A DNA stretch of 64,000 nucleotides from an uncultured Planctomycetaceae bacterium (GTDB taxonomy: Bacteria > Planctomycetota > Planctomycetia > Isosphaerales > Isosphaeraceae): positions 3,904,001 through 3,968,000 of the forward strand of contig CAWIAD010000002.1 in the NCBI GenBank assembly GCA_963833985.1, read 5' to 3'. The notes under the pieces were generated by a model. The model worked only from the letters and a program-made list of their open reading frames with translations. It did no database searches and was not told where the DNA came from. Positions 28,918 to 39,557 of this stretch are shown one piece after another. The first letter of the stretch is position 1. Each line of letters begins with the position of its first letter. Both the position numbers and the translations under genes were made by a program.

Positions 28918-30720
28918 ATGCGACAAGTTTGCATCGTTCTGCTGCTCGGGATCCTCTCCTCGAGCTGCGCCACGGGTCCCGCCGGCGAGGTTGACCGCAT
29001 GGAGAGTGAGGATGTCGCGCTTGATCACGTCTTCCATCTCTATCTCAAGGAGCTGTTCCGCCGTGAGCCGCTCACGGCCACCCGGCTGGGTGAGCACTCC
29101 TATGATGACCGGCTCGATGACCTGTCTCCCGCGGCCCGGAACGCCACGCTCGATGTCAAGCGCGGCGCCCTGAAGAAGCTCGATGAGACAATCTCGCGCG
29201 GTCGGCTTTCGCGGGACGGCAAGGTTGACCACGATATCTTCCGCAGCCACCTGGTACGCGAGATCTGGCTGGCGGAAAACTTTCGTCCCTTTGAGGACGA
29301 CCCCCGAATCTACGGCGACTACATCTCCGAAAGTGTTTACCTTCTCTTGACCCAGTCCTCGCTGCCGCGGGCTGTGAATCTGAAGAACGCGGCGGCGCGG
29401 ATGGACAGGATCCCCGAGGTGATCGCTGTCGCGCGGCGGACCATCGGCAATCCGCCACGCGTGAAGGTGGAGACGGCCATCACACAGACCGAGGGGGCCA
29501 TCCATTTCTATTCGGGCGTACTGTTCGAGCTTGCTGGTGAGCATGGGGTGGAGCGAGGCGAGCTGGGTGCGCGGGCCGCGCGGATCGTCTCGGCCCTGAA
29601 TGACTACCTCTCATTCCTGAAGCAGGACATCCTGCCCCGGTCGACCGACGGCTGGCGGATCGGCCGCGAGCGCTTCGTGAAGAAGCTCGATCTCGAGCTG
29701 GAGGCGGGGATCCCGGCCGACAAGGTGCTCGCGGAAGCCGAGCGCGAGGCCGCTCGCGTTGAAAGCGAGATGGCCGTGATCGCCGGGCAACTCTGGGGCA
29801 CACTCTTTCCGGGAAAGCCCATTCCCGTCGATGATGCTGCCGGGAGGCGCGAGCTGATCAGCCGCGTGCTGACCGCGCTGGGCGGGGACCACGGGCCGCC
29901 GGAGACGCTCGTGGCCGAGGTGCGTAGCACGGCCGAATCCATCAAGGCGTTCATCAGCGCGCACAAGATCGTGCCGCTTCCCGAGCCCGACCAGTGCCGC
30001 ATCGTCGAGATGCCCGAATTCATGCGCGGCAATTCGGTCGCCTACCTCAACCCCGCGCCGCCGCTGGATGCCCGCGGGTCCAGCGAGTACGCCATCAGCC
30101 CGCCGCCCGCCCACTGGACCCGTGAACGTGCCGAGAGCTTGCTGCGGGAATACAACCGCTCGATGCTCAAGATCCTCACCATCCACGAGGCCTACCCTGG
30201 CCACTACGTGCAACTGGAGTACAGCAACCGCTGCCCCTCGCTGATTCGCAAGATCCTCTCGTCCGGGACCTTTGCCGAGGGCTGGGCCGTTTACACCGAG
30301 AAAACCATGCTCGACCAGGGCTTCGGACAGGGCGACCTGGCTCTGCGGCTTCACCAGTTGAAGTTCTATCTCCGCGCCGTGGTCAACGCCATTCTCGATC
30401 ATCAGATGCACGCTGGCACGATGACCGATGCCCAGGCCCTCGACCTGCTGATGAACCGGGGGTTCCAGACCGAGGGCGAGGCGGTGGGGAAAGTCATCCG
30501 GGCCAAGCAATCGTCTTGCCAGCTTTCCACGTACTTCGTCGGCCGGATGGCCTTCCACGAGCTTCGTCAGCAGGTCCAGCGCGCGCAGGGTGAGCGATTC
30601 GACCTTTCGCGCTACCACCAGGCGGTGCTGGCCCACGGCACCATCCCGGTGAAGTACCTTCCCGAGCTGGTCAAGGGATCGCTCGATCTCGGGGACCAGA
30701 CCAGCCACGCAGGTCAGTAG
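28918..30720 (+). CDS. DUF885-family lipoprotein
   Basis: Lipobox-like LSSSC; HEAYPGHYVQ, FAEGWAVYTE, QLSTYFVG; AAGGAG RBS. Confidence 0.88.
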   Translation: MRQVCIVLLLGILSSSCATGPAGEVDRMESEDVALDHVFHLYLKELFRREPLTATRLGEHSYDDRLDDLSPAARNATLDVKRGALKKLDETISRGRLSRDGKVDHDIFRSHLVREIWLAENFRPFEDDPRIYGDYISESVYLLLTQSSLPRAVNLKNAAARMDRIPEVIAVARRTIGNPPRVKVETAITQTEGAIHFYSGVLFELAGEHGVERGELGARAARIVSALNDYLSFLKQDILPRSTDGWRIGRERFVKKLDLELEAGIPADKVLAEAEREAARVESEMAVIAGQLWGTLFPGKPIPVDDAAGRRELISRVLTALGGDHGPPETLVAEVRSTAESIKAFISAHKIVPLPEPDQCRIVEMPEFMRGNSVAYLNPAPPLDARGSSEYAISPPPAHWTRERAESLLREYNRSMLKILTIHEAYPGHYVQLEYSNRCPSLIRKILSSGTFAEGWAVYTEKTMLDQGFGQGDLALRLHQLKFYLRAVVNAILDHQMHAGTMTDAQALDLLMNRGFQTEGEAVGKVIRAKQSSCQLSTYFVGRMAFHELRQQVQRAQGERFDLSRYHQAVLAHGTIPVKYLPELVKGSLDLGDQTSHAGQ

Positions 30721-30731
30721 GAGGCATCTGC

Positions 30732-31880
30732 ATGGAAGAGTCAACATACGATGACATCGTGGTCGGCGCCGGAGTGATCGGTCTGGCCCACGCGTACCAT
30801 CTGGCCCGGCGCGGACGTCGCGTGGCCGTCTTCGAGCAGAGCCCCAGGGCGATGGGCGCTTCGGTGCGGAATTTCGGCATGCTCTGGCCGATCGGTCAGC
30901 CTTTCGGTGAACGACGTGCCCTGGCGACGCGCAGCCTTGAGATCTGGCGAGACGTCCTGAGCAACGCCGGCTTGCCGCACGACTGCTGCGGCTCTCTGCA
31001 CCTGGCCTACCACGAGGACGAGGCCCAGGTGCTCCGGGAGTATGCGGAAACGGCCCATGAGGCCGGCGATCCCGTGGAGCTGCTGAGCTCCTCCGAGATC
31101 ACGCGGCGGACCCAGGCGGTGAAGCGAGAGGGGTTGCAGGCCGCGCTCTGGAGCCCTCGAGAAATCTGCGTTGATCCACGCCAGGTCATCGCGCGGCTGC
31201 CGCTCTGGCTGGAGAAACAATTCGGCGTTCGCTTCCATTATGGCCTGGCCGTCACCGACATCGACCTTCCCGCGGTACGTGCCGGCGGCAAGACCCATCA
31301 CGCACGACGCGCCTGGGTCTGCTCCGGGCAGGAATTCGCGCTGCTCTTTCCCGAGCATGTGGCCGCCGCCGGGATGACACGGTGCAAGCTCCAGATGATG
31401 CGCTCCAGTATCGTTGCCAACGGCTGGCGGCTGGGTCCAATGCTGGCCGCCGGGCTGACCCTGCGGCATTACCCCTCGTTTGAATGCTGCCCTACGCTAC
31501 CGGCCTTGAAGGCACGCATTGCGCGTGAGTCCCCCTGGTTCGATGAATACGGCATTCATGTTCTGGTCTCACAGAACAGTGCCGGAGAGCTGACCCTGGG
31601 AGATTCACATGAGTACGGCAACGCCGTTGACCCATTCGACAAGACCGAGATCGACGACCTGGTTCTCGGCTATCTCCGTACGTTCCTCGGCGTGCCCGAT
31701 CTACGAGTCGCGGCACGCTGGCACGGCGTGTATGCGAAGCATCCGGATCAACCCGCGGTGATCCTTCATCCTCGGCCCCGCGTGACCATCATCACGGGCG
31801 TGGGCGGCGCGGGGATGACGTTCTCATTCGGCGTGGCGGAAGACGTCATCCGGCGCGCCCTGGATGAGGCGCAGCCTTGA
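30732..31880 (+). CDS. FAD-dependent oxidoreductase, TIGR03364-like
   Basis: GAGVIGLAHA, GASVRNFGM, CKLQMMR, GDSHEY, GVGGAGMT. Confidence 0.85.
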   Translation: MEESTYDDIVVGAGVIGLAHAYHLARRGRRVAVFEQSPRAMGASVRNFGMLWPIGQPFGERRALATRSLEIWRDVLSNAGLPHDCCGSLHLAYHEDEAQVLREYAETAHEAGDPVELLSSSEITRRTQAVKREGLQAALWSPREICVDPRQVIARLPLWLEKQFGVRFHYGLAVTDIDLPAVRAGGKTHHARRAWVCSGQEFALLFPEHVAAAGMTRCKLQMMRSSIVANGWRLGPMLAAGLTLRHYPSFECCPTLPALKARIARESPWFDEYGIHVLVSQNSAGELTLGDSHEYGNAVDPFDKTEIDDLVLGYLRTFLGVPDLRVAARWHGVYAKHPDQPAVILHPRPRVTIITGVGGAGMTFSFGVAEDVIRRALDEAQP

Positions 31881-31930
31881 CCGGGAAGTTCACGCGGAAA
31901 CCTGCTCCAAGCACCTTGAGGAGTTTGCCG

Positions 31931-32665
31931 ATGCCGATCGAGCTGGTGGTTTTTGACATGGCCGGAACCACGGTGAACGACGAGGACTCCGTCACTCGCT
32001 GCGTTCAGGGCGCACTCTCGCCCCTGGGCGTGGAGGTGGGGGTTGCCGACGTGAACCGTGTCATGGGCATCCCCAAGCCCGAGGCCCTGCGCATCCTGAT
32101 CGAGCAGTCGCCGGGGCACGATGCGCTGCTGGACCGGCTCGACGCCATCCATCGTGATTTCGTCGCCCGGTCCATCGCGTTTTACCGGGTCGACCCGTCG
32201 GTTCGCGAGGTTCCCGGCGCGGCAGAGACGTTTCGAGCGCTCAAGGCGGCCAACATCAAGGTGGCCCTCAATACCGGCTTCGATCGATCGATCACCCGGA
32301 CGATCCTCGACCGCCTGGGCTGGTCGGCAAGCCCGCTGGTGGACGCGACGATCTCCAGCGACGAGGTGGAACGCGGCCGTCCCTACCCTGACATGATCTT
32401 GAGCCTGATGCAGCAGCTCGGGATCGGCGATCCGGGCAAGGTCGCCAAGGTGGGGGATACACCCGCCGATCTCATGGAAGGCCAGAACGCCGGCTGCGGC
32501 CTGGTGATCGGGGTGACGGCGGGCACTCACACCCGCGAGCAGCTTGAGCCACATCCCCACAGCCACCTGATCGGCTCCGTCCGGGAGCTGCCCGAGCTGC
32601 TTGGGCTTCGCGCGCTCGGGGTCGCATCCAGCGACTCCGCACTCCGCACACCCGCTGCGCCATAA
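31931..32665 (+). CDS. Phosphonatase-like HAD hydrolase (TIGR03351-like)
   Basis: FDMAGTT (DxAGT), MGIPK, LNTGF, GRPYPDMI, KVGDTPAD. Confidence 0.82.
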   Translation: MPIELVVFDMAGTTVNDEDSVTRCVQGALSPLGVEVGVADVNRVMGIPKPEALRILIEQSPGHDALLDRLDAIHRDFVARSIAFYRVDPSVREVPGAAETFRALKAANIKVALNTGFDRSITRTILDRLGWSASPLVDATISSDEVERGRPYPDMILSLMQQLGIGDPGKVAKVGDTPADLMEGQNAGCGLVIGVTAGTHTREQLEPHPHSHLIGSVRELPELLGLRALGVASSDSALRTPAAP

Positions 32666-32717
32666 CACCTGGCGGGGGCCAGGATGCGGTGGCAAGGCGT
32701 ACCGTGCCAGTCACGGG

Positions 32718-33802
32718 TCATGGCAGTTTATGCGCACGCGTCTCATCGATGAGCTGGCCCAGCCAGCTCATGTAGGGCGTACCTCCGGTGCCACGGGGGT
32801 CGCGTTCGTGTGCGGCGATGTAGCGGATGGCGAATTGCAGGTGCGTCTCGCGGAAGGCGGCGAGCGCCTCCAGCGCATCGTTGAACGGATCCTTGCTGAC
32901 CATCGCTCGAATATCGGGCATGGCCTCGATCTCCTCGAGCACGGCCCGGTGTTCGGAGGGCATGAACCGTCGCATGTCGGCAAGGTGGTCCAGCAGCATC
33001 GACGGACGGTGCGGAACCTTCAAGAAAGCGACGATGGCCGGGATGACGCTGCTCTGCGCGCCGTCTCGCCCCGGAAGTTGAGCGGCGAGGCGTTCACACC
33101 CTCGTAGACCACTCCCTCGAAGAAGCGGATGTAGGGCCGAAACGTCTTGTAATAGAGCGCGGGGTCCATTTTTTCGGGGATCCGCCGGAGCGTCTCAACC
33201 TGGGCCCAGAGGGTGTGCGCCAGCTTCGCAACGGCGGCGTCGAGCGCTGCGTGGTCCTGGTCGGCCAGTGCATCGTGCGCCTGGCCAATCGCATCGAGGG
33301 TCGCCCCGGCCAGGGCCTCGATCTCGACGTGCACCAGGATGAACCAGTGCTCGTCATAAAGGTGCACGAAGTTCTGGACCGTGTCGATATTCCTCAGGGC
33401 GATCGGCCCCGCTGGATCGAACCGCTTCCAGTTGAAGAGGGCATAGCCATCGTAACTGAGGATGGGCGGCCGCCCCAGTCGATTGCAAACGTCGCAGAGC
33501 GGAATGGCCAGGTTGCGCGGCAGCACGGTGGCGGGATCTTGCCCCACCTGGTTCACATACCCCGAGGCCAGGAAACCAAGACGCACGTAATAGAGTCGCA
33601 GCAGCTCGATGGAGATTCCTGCGGCCGGCAGCGCGGGGATTTCCAGGGCCCGCGCACGCGGCCGGAAACTTTTATCGTGCAGCAGGCTTGGAAGGTCCCG
33701 ACCGATCGCGTCGAGCGGTGCGAAGGGCGAGCCCGCGGGGAACTCGGTCGCAGGGTCGGGCTCGGGAAGCAACCCGCGGCGAGTGAACTGCTTGCTGAGC
33801 AT
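32718..33802 (-). CDS. Indoleamine 2,3-dioxygenase/PrnB-like heme protein; frameshift ~33060
   Basis: LGRPPILSY..ALFNW, EHWFILVHVEIE, FRGET(G)AQSS, FRETH, RGTGGT. Confidence 0.8.
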
Positions 33803-33993
33803 GACGCCGATCCTTGATCTTTCTAAACCTTTCGTCTCTTCACTTCATTTTACGACGAATCCTACAGTTCGGGGTCGATCTGCATCGCCCTGGATCCGCC
33901 GGTCCATGAGGACATGCGGAGCCGCGTCGCTTCGTCATGCATGCGAGATCGCTTGTGAAGCTTGAGCCGGGCTCACCGTGTGAGGGTGGTGAG

Positions 33994-35304
33994 ATGACAA
34001 CTCCAATGCCGGAATCGGTTGCGCGGCATGCCCCCAGCGCGGTCGGCCGACGAGGCCGCCCCCGGCCGCGCTGGCTCTTTCCCACTCTCACCTTACTGCT
34101 CTTCGCTCTCTTCCAGGAGTGTCTCTTCCGGCTGCTGTTTCCCCTGCCAGAAGTCGCGGGCTTCAACCGGATCTCGTACCAGATGAGCGCGCAGGGGCAC
34201 CCGCAACTGAAAAGGATGATGGATCGGGGCCTGGTCTACGATCGCCTGCTCCTGGATAGCTGGCCGGATGGTTTTTCCGAGATCCACAATCTCAACGTTT
34301 ACGGATTTCGGGGGCCCGATTTTGCCATGGCGCCCGCTTCCGGCCGGCGGCGGATCTTGCTCATCGGCGATAGCGTGACCGAGGGCATTGGTGCGGCGGA
34401 CTCGGCCACCATCCCCGCGCAGCTCCAGCGGCTGCTCGATCATGAAGGTGTGCCCGCGGAAGTGATCAATCTCGGGGTGACCGCGGCCACCTTGAACCAT
34501 ATCCTGCTCCTGTCGCGCGATGCGATTCCCCTGCTCAAGCCGCAGGACGTGGTGATCGTGCTCTACGCCAACGATTTGCCCGCTCAGAATTACCTGGACA
34601 TGTACGATCGCCCGGGCGGAGTCTTCACGCCCTCTGCGTTCACCTTCTGGATGCCCAGGGTCGCGGCCCTGATCGTGCGATACATCCATGATCAGCCCAT
34701 CTGCGTCCGCTGGGTGCATCGACCGATTCGCTTCTTCCCCGCCGTTCCCGATAGTGCCAACCCCTGGACACAGGTCCCCGAGAGGCCGGACCGGCTGCTT
34801 CCCGCTCTTTATGATGCGATGCGGGAGGGAACACTCAATCCCTGGGTCCACGCCCAGACTCACGATATTCCCATCCAGCTCGCGCATGACTTTCAGGAGG
34901 GCGGATCACCCGTTCGTTACATCAAGCGAATCCAGGCGATTTGCAATGTGACGGGTGCGCGCTTGACCCTCGCTTACGTCCCCTTCTGCGGTGTGATCAG
35001 CTGTCGCTATACACACCCGTTGATCGAGGAGGGGATGGACCCGGCAACCGCCGAGGCGCTCGCCACCGATGCCATCTACCAGCGGCAAAACCAGCTATTG
35101 AGTGAGCTTTGCCAGAAGCTGGAACTGCCGCTGGCCGACGCGACGGCCGATGTGAAACAGGCAGAGGAGGAGGGAATGCCTCAGTACTGGGAATATGACA
35201 CGCATCCCCGCCCGGCCGGCTACGCCACGATCGCCAGGCGCATCTTCCAGACGCTTCGTGCCGACAGCCGGCTCATGCCGCGCGCATCAGCCACCACACC
35301 ATGA
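33994..35304 (+). CDS. Membrane-anchored SGNH/GDSL hydrolase
   Basis: TM segment, LIGDSVTEG, VINLG, YAND, DTHP. Confidence 0.8.
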   Translation: MTTPMPESVARHAPSAVGRRGRPRPRWLFPTLTLLLFALFQECLFRLLFPLPEVAGFNRISYQMSAQGHPQLKRMMDRGLVYDRLLLDSWPDGFSEIHNLNVYGFRGPDFAMAPASGRRRILLIGDSVTEGIGAADSATIPAQLQRLLDHEGVPAEVINLGVTAATLNHILLLSRDAIPLLKPQDVVIVLYANDLPAQNYLDMYDRPGGVFTPSAFTFWMPRVAALIVRYIHDQPICVRWVHRPIRFFPAVPDSANPWTQVPERPDRLLPALYDAMREGTLNPWVHAQTHDIPIQLAHDFQEGGSPVRYIKRIQAICNVTGARLTLAYVPFCGVISCRYTHPLIEEGMDPATAEALATDAIYQRQNQLLSELCQKLELPLADATADVKQAEEEGMPQYWEYDTHPRPAGYATIARRIFQTLRADSRLMPRASATTP

Positions 35305-35596
35305 CGCCCACGAGGGCCACCAGCACGCCTGCGAAGTACCAGGCGGCCCACACCAGAACGTACGACTGAGCGATCAGCCGCGCCCGGGTTCGAGCGTCGA
35401 AGCGCTGGTCCCGGCCCAGCGCGAGCGACAGCTTCCACATCTCGCGGCAGGCATACCAGGGCGCCAGTCCGCAGCCGACGACTCCGCCGGCAAGAATGGC
35501 GAAGATGATTCCCCAGCGAACCCGCAGGACACCAAGAATCAGCCCGATCACGAAGATGAGGCTCATCAGCTCACGGATCGTGCAACGCCAGCGCAT
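35273..35596 (-). CDS. Small membrane protein
   Basis: Three hydrophobic segments; TIRELM N-terminus resembles short planctomycete membrane proteins. Confidence 0.6.
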   Translation of the reverse strand: MRWRCTIRELMSLIFVIGLILGVLRVRWGIIFAILAGGVVGCGLAPWYACREMWKLSLALGRDQRFDARTRARLIAQSYVLVWAAWYFAGVLVALVGVMVWWLMRAA

Positions 35597-35611
35597 CTGG
35601 GGAGCGCTCGC

Positions 35612-36217
35612 TCACTTCTTGCCGACCAGTTCCAGAAAAGTGGGCCCCAGAAAGATCCAGTTCGTGGGTGTATCGGAGATGGGGCCGTTGATGCCGAAGA
35701 TGGCGATCTGATAGACCTTCCCAGGCCGAGCGTCATGGAGCTCGACGCGATTGGGGACGTTGAAGCCCGCAACGACCGGTCCGCCGCTGTCGCCCGGCTT
35801 GCGCGGTAGTTTGCCATCGACCCAGACCTCGCCGTAGTCGTCCACCGTCGTCTGGAAGAAGACCGATTTGCCGTTCACCTCGGGTGGCATCGTGAGCTTG
35901 ATGCGGTACCAGCAGAAGCAGATCTGGCCATTGCCGCGGGCGTTCCTGATCGTCTCGGCCTGGATGGTTTCCCACCCGGAATCATCAAATTCCGGTCCCT
36001 TCGCCTTGGGCTCGTAACTGTAAGTCCTGTTGGTCGCGCCATCCTTGCCCTTGCCGTCAACCTCGACAATCTTGACGTCGTGGTAGCGCCATTGCCCCTT
36101 GACCGCGGCCACGCCTGCCGACGTGCGCAGGTCGATCTTCGCGGTCTGCGCACGGCCGGCCGGGGTGCTCGCCTGGAACATGGTCAGACAGATCACCGAC
36201 AAGAATAACGGACGCAT
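35612..36217 (-). CDS. Secreted galactose-binding-like beta-sandwich protein
   Basis: Signal peptide; FDDSGWE, WYRIKL, VDDYGEVWVDG as in GH2-type N-terminal sugar-binding domains. Confidence 0.65.
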   Translation of the reverse strand: MRPLFLSVICLTMFQASTPAGRAQTAKIDLRTSAGVAAVKGQWRYHDVKIVEVDGKGKDGATNRTYSYEPKAKGPEFDDSGWETIQAETIRNARGNGQICFCWYRIKLTMPPEVNGKSVFFQTTVDDYGEVWVDGKLPRKPGDSGGPVVAGFNVPNRVELHDARPGKVYQIAIFGINGPISDTPTNWIFLGPTFLELVGKK

Positions 36218-36279
36218 CGGAACGCTCCATCGCGAGGAAACAAGTTGCATTCAAGAGGAACCGTGTTCGTCCCGTCCGC

Positions 36280-37506
36280 TCAATGGATGGCAGGTTCCGG
36301 CTGCCGCCGGGCGGTCCGCGGCGGAGCAGGGGGGATGGTCAGTGCAGGGGCTGAAAGGTCGGGCTGATGCCGGAGCAGCGCGGGGAAGTCGAAGGCGTGG
36401 TACGGCTGTTCGGCGGCGGGCTGGCCGTCTTTCGTGGCGTTGGCGACCCAGAGCTTGCCGGTGGTCGTCTCGAAGAGGACCGCGTGCAGGTTTGACTTCA
36501 TGGCCACCGGCCGGTCCATCAGGTGCCGTGCCATCTCGGCGTCAATCGCGCCGTGTTTCTCCTTGATGCGCCGCACCAGCTCGGTATAGCGGTCGCCCGC
36601 GGAGAGCACCACCGCGTCTTTCACGGCTTCCGGCAGCTTGGGGTGGCTCTCGCCCATGGGGACCACACTAAAGACGTTCCACGAGGCTTCCATGCCAACT
36701 CCCTTGCCGGTCTTGCCATCAGCGACCACAAAGTAGTACTCGCAGGTGCGGGGGTGGTCATGGAAGATCGCGATCGCCCTGGTCAGTGAGTCAGCCTCCT
36801 CGAGCACCATGCGCATCAGGAAGGCCATCGGCACGCCGTCCCAGTGACCCAGGCCCTGGCCGCCCATCTCGCCGATCGAGATCTTTTCAAGGTTCATGCC
36901 GGTCACCGAGCCGACAAAGCCGGCGTAGCTGACATTCACGAACGGAATTCTCCCCTCCGGTTCCGCGACGGTGAGCACGGCATGTTCCTGGAGCCGCCAG
37001 TCACAACCGTAGTCGAGAATCCGTCCGTGGTAGAGCTTGCCGTCCTTCGTGGCCGAGCCGGACAGGGCGAAGCCCGAACAATGAAAGAGCTCGGGAATGA
37101 AATTCGCGACGACGACGTCCTGAACTTCCAGGCCCGCGCCGTCGGCAATGCCCTTCATCTCGTCGAAGAATCGTTCGGGGACGTATTTCCGCTGCTGGGC
37201 CACAATTCCAGCGATCACCCGCTTGGGGTCAAGTAGCTTCAGGCCGCCCAGCTCCACCTTCATGTCCTTGCTCTTGACGTCAAAGAGGAAGTGCACGTTC
37301 TCGCGGATGTCGTTGCGCAGCAAGGCCCCCTGCTGGTAGCCCATCTGGTAGGGAGTGCCTTTCAGGTGGAGCACACGATATCCATTGACTTCTTCCAGGA
37401 ACCCCGCGCCGCACCGCGCAACGGTTTTGGACTCTGCACGCAACGTCGTGGCGGCGAGGACCACCGCCAGGGTCAGGACCACGAACCGGAGCAACCTTGG
37501 AGTCAT
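36280..37506 (-). CDS. Secreted C45-family Ntn hydrolase/acyltransferase
   Basis: LKGTPYQMGYQQG, FHCSGFA (candidate autocleavage Cys), HGRILDY, TGMN. Confidence 0.8.
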   Translation of the reverse strand: MTPRLLRFVVLTLAVVLAATTLRAESKTVARCGAGFLEEVNGYRVLHLKGTPYQMGYQQGALLRNDIRENVHFLFDVKSKDMKVELGGLKLLDPKRVIAGIVAQQRKYVPERFFDEMKGIADGAGLEVQDVVVANFIPELFHCSGFALSGSATKDGKLYHGRILDYGCDWRLQEHAVLTVAEPEGRIPFVNVSYAGFVGSVTGMNLEKISIGEMGGQGLGHWDGVPMAFLMRMVLEEADSLTRAIAIFHDHPRTCEYYFVVADGKTGKGVGMEASWNVFSVVPMGESHPKLPEAVKDAVVLSAGDRYTELVRRIKEKHGAIDAEMARHLMDRPVAMKSNLHAVLFETTTGKLWVANATKDGQPAAEQPYHAFDFPALLRHQPDLSAPALTIPPAPPRTARRQPEPAIH

Positions 37507-37635
37507 GCGGGGCCTTCCTTCGCTGGCTGAATCGGCCTGGGACCTGGGATCAGGAGTTGCGAGTCGGACGAACTCGTTGTAATCCAAAACGAGCGCTTTT
37601 CCAACAGGCGACTCCCGCTCGACTTTTCCAGCAGA

Positions 37636-39198
37636 CTACTCCCATTCGATCGTTCCCGGAGGCTTGCTGGTGATGTCGTAGACAACCCGGTTCACCCCCT
37701 TGACCGAGTTGATGATCCGGGTGGAAGTGCGTGCCAGCAGGTCGTGCGGCAGCCGGGACCAGTCGGCCGTCATGAAATCCTCGGTGTCGACGGAGCGGAT
37801 GGCGATGACGTTTTCGTAGGTGCGGGCGTCGCCCATCACGCCGACCGACTGGACGGGCAGGAGCACGACGAACGCCTGGGCCACCTGGCGGTCGAGACGG
37901 GCGTTCTTCAGCTCCTCCAGGAAGATCGCGTCGGCCTGCCGCAGCACCTCCAGCCGCGCCGGGGTGACCTCGCCCAGGCAGCGCACCGCCAGTCCGGGCC
38001 CCGGGAAGGGATGCCGCCAGACCAGGGAATCGGGAAGGCCGAGCTCCAGTCCGAGCCGCCGAACCTCGTCCTTGAACAGGTCGCGCAAGGGCTCGATGAG
38101 CTCGAAGCCCAGTTCCTCGGGCAGGCCGCCGACATTGTGGTGGATCTTGATTGTGGCCGCGGGGCCGTCGGGCTCACCACCGCTCTCAATCACGTCCGGA
38201 TAGAGCGTGCCCTGAGCCAGGAAGTGAGCGCCTGGGATCGAGCGGGCCTCCTGGCGGAAGACCTCGACGAACGCGTGGCCGATCCGCAGCCGCTTCTCCT
38301 GGGGCTCGGTGATGCCCTCGAGCACGGTGAGGAACCGGTCGGCCGCGTCCACAACGCGCAGCTCGGCATTGCTGCGCGAGCCGAACGCCTCGGCCACGGC
38401 GATCCGCTCCCCGGCGCGGAGCAGACCGGTGTCCACGAACACGCAGATCACTCGGGGACCGAGTGCCCGGGCAAGGAGCGCCGCACAGACGGCCGAATCC
38501 ACCCCGCCGGAGAGTCCGCAGACCACGCGGTCCGAGGCGCCGACCCGGTGCGTGATCTGCTCGATCGACCGGTCAATGAACGCCCCCATGGTCCAGTTCT
38601 TGGGGTTCTGGCACACGCGATCCAGGAAATTGCCCAGAATCAGGCTGCCATAGGGCGTGTGTGAGACCTCGGGATGGAACTGGAGTCCATAAAAAGGCAA
38701 CGATCGATGCTTGACCGCGGCAACCCGGCAGGTGGCCGTCACGGCGAGGGGTACGAAATCTGGCCCGGCGTCCTGCACCTGGTCACCATGGCTCATCCAG
38801 ACGGTCGTGTCGTGCGGCACACCCTGAAACAGGGACCCGTCCGGGTCGAGCACCTGGCAGTCGGCGCGGCCGAACTCGCGGGCGGGAGCCGCTCGAACTG
38901 CGCCTCCCAGTGCCTCGGCCCCCAGCTGCATTCCGTAGCAGATGCCCAGCACGGGAATGCCCATGCGAAAGAGCGCGGGATCGCAATGGGGCGCACCCGG
39001 CTCGTACACGCTCTTCGGGCCCCCGGAGAGGATCAACGCCAGCGGATTCAGCTCGCGCACTCGCTCCGGCGTGATGTCGTGCCGCACGATCCGCGCAAAG
39101 GCATGATGCTCGCGGACACGCCGCGCGATGAGCTGGACGTACTGTGCACCGAAATCGAGGACCAGGACGGGCCGCGCCGCGGGGTCGATATGCTCCAT
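37636..39198 (-). CDS. guaA: GMP synthase (glutamine-hydrolysing)
   Basis: [52 protein letters not shown]. Confidence 0.97.
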   Translation of the reverse strand: MEHIDPAARPVLVLDFGAQYVQLIARRVREHHAFARIVRHDITPERVRELNPLALILSGGPKSVYEPGAPHCDPALFRMGIPVLGICYGMQLGAEALGGAVRAAPAREFGRADCQVLDPDGSLFQGVPHDTTVWMSHGDQVQDAGPDFVPLAVTATCRVAAVKHRSLPFYGLQFHPEVSHTPYGSLILGNFLDRVCQNPKNWTMGAFIDRSIEQITHRVGASDRVVCGLSGGVDSAVCAALLARALGPRVICVFVDTGLLRAGERIAVAEAFGSRSNAELRVVDAADRFLTVLEGITEPQEKRLRIGHAFVEVFRQEARSIPGAHFLAQGTLYPDVIESGGEPDGPAATIKIHHNVGGLPEELGFELIEPLRDLFKDEVRRLGLELGLPDSLVWRHPFPGPGLAVRCLGEVTPARLEVLRQADAIFLEELKNARLDRQVAQAFVVLLPVQSVGVMGDARTYENVIAIRSVDTEDFMTADWSRLPHDLLARTSTRIINSVKGVNRVVYDITSKPPGTIEWE

Positions 39199-39305
39199 GA
39201 CTTGTGCATTCTTCAGGAGGCAAGGCCGATCGATGGTGCTGCACAGCCAGCAACCATCAAACCGTTAGTGTAACAGACGAACATGACGACGAGAACCCGA
39301 ACAAC

Positions 39306-39341
39306 CCAGGGAGCCAGGGACAGGGACCAGGGACCAGGGAC
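39306..39341 (+). repeat. (CCAGGGA)-like tandem repeat with five GGG tracts
   Basis: GGG at 39309, 39317, 39323, 39330 and 39337. Confidence 0.75.
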
Positions 39342-39557
39342 TTTCAAGGACTGGTGCAGGAGCCCCAGGTCGTCTCCGCCCGGTATTCGGTGCCCTCCGC
39401 TGTCGCCGCCTTCCCCACTGGACGTATTCGCGGAAAGAAGCTCAAGAACCTTCGGAACTCGCTGCCTTTCGCCCTGTCCATTCTCGACGGCCCCGCCTAT
39501 CCTATCGCGCCGGGCCAGCACCCATTCGAGAGCGCAAGATGGCCGGCAAGGAGGCCA

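Noticed and set aside
30732..31880. Assigning the FAD oxidoreductase to hopanoid synthesis
   Set aside because: It lies over 20 kb from shc and is coupled to a phosphonatase-like HAD instead.
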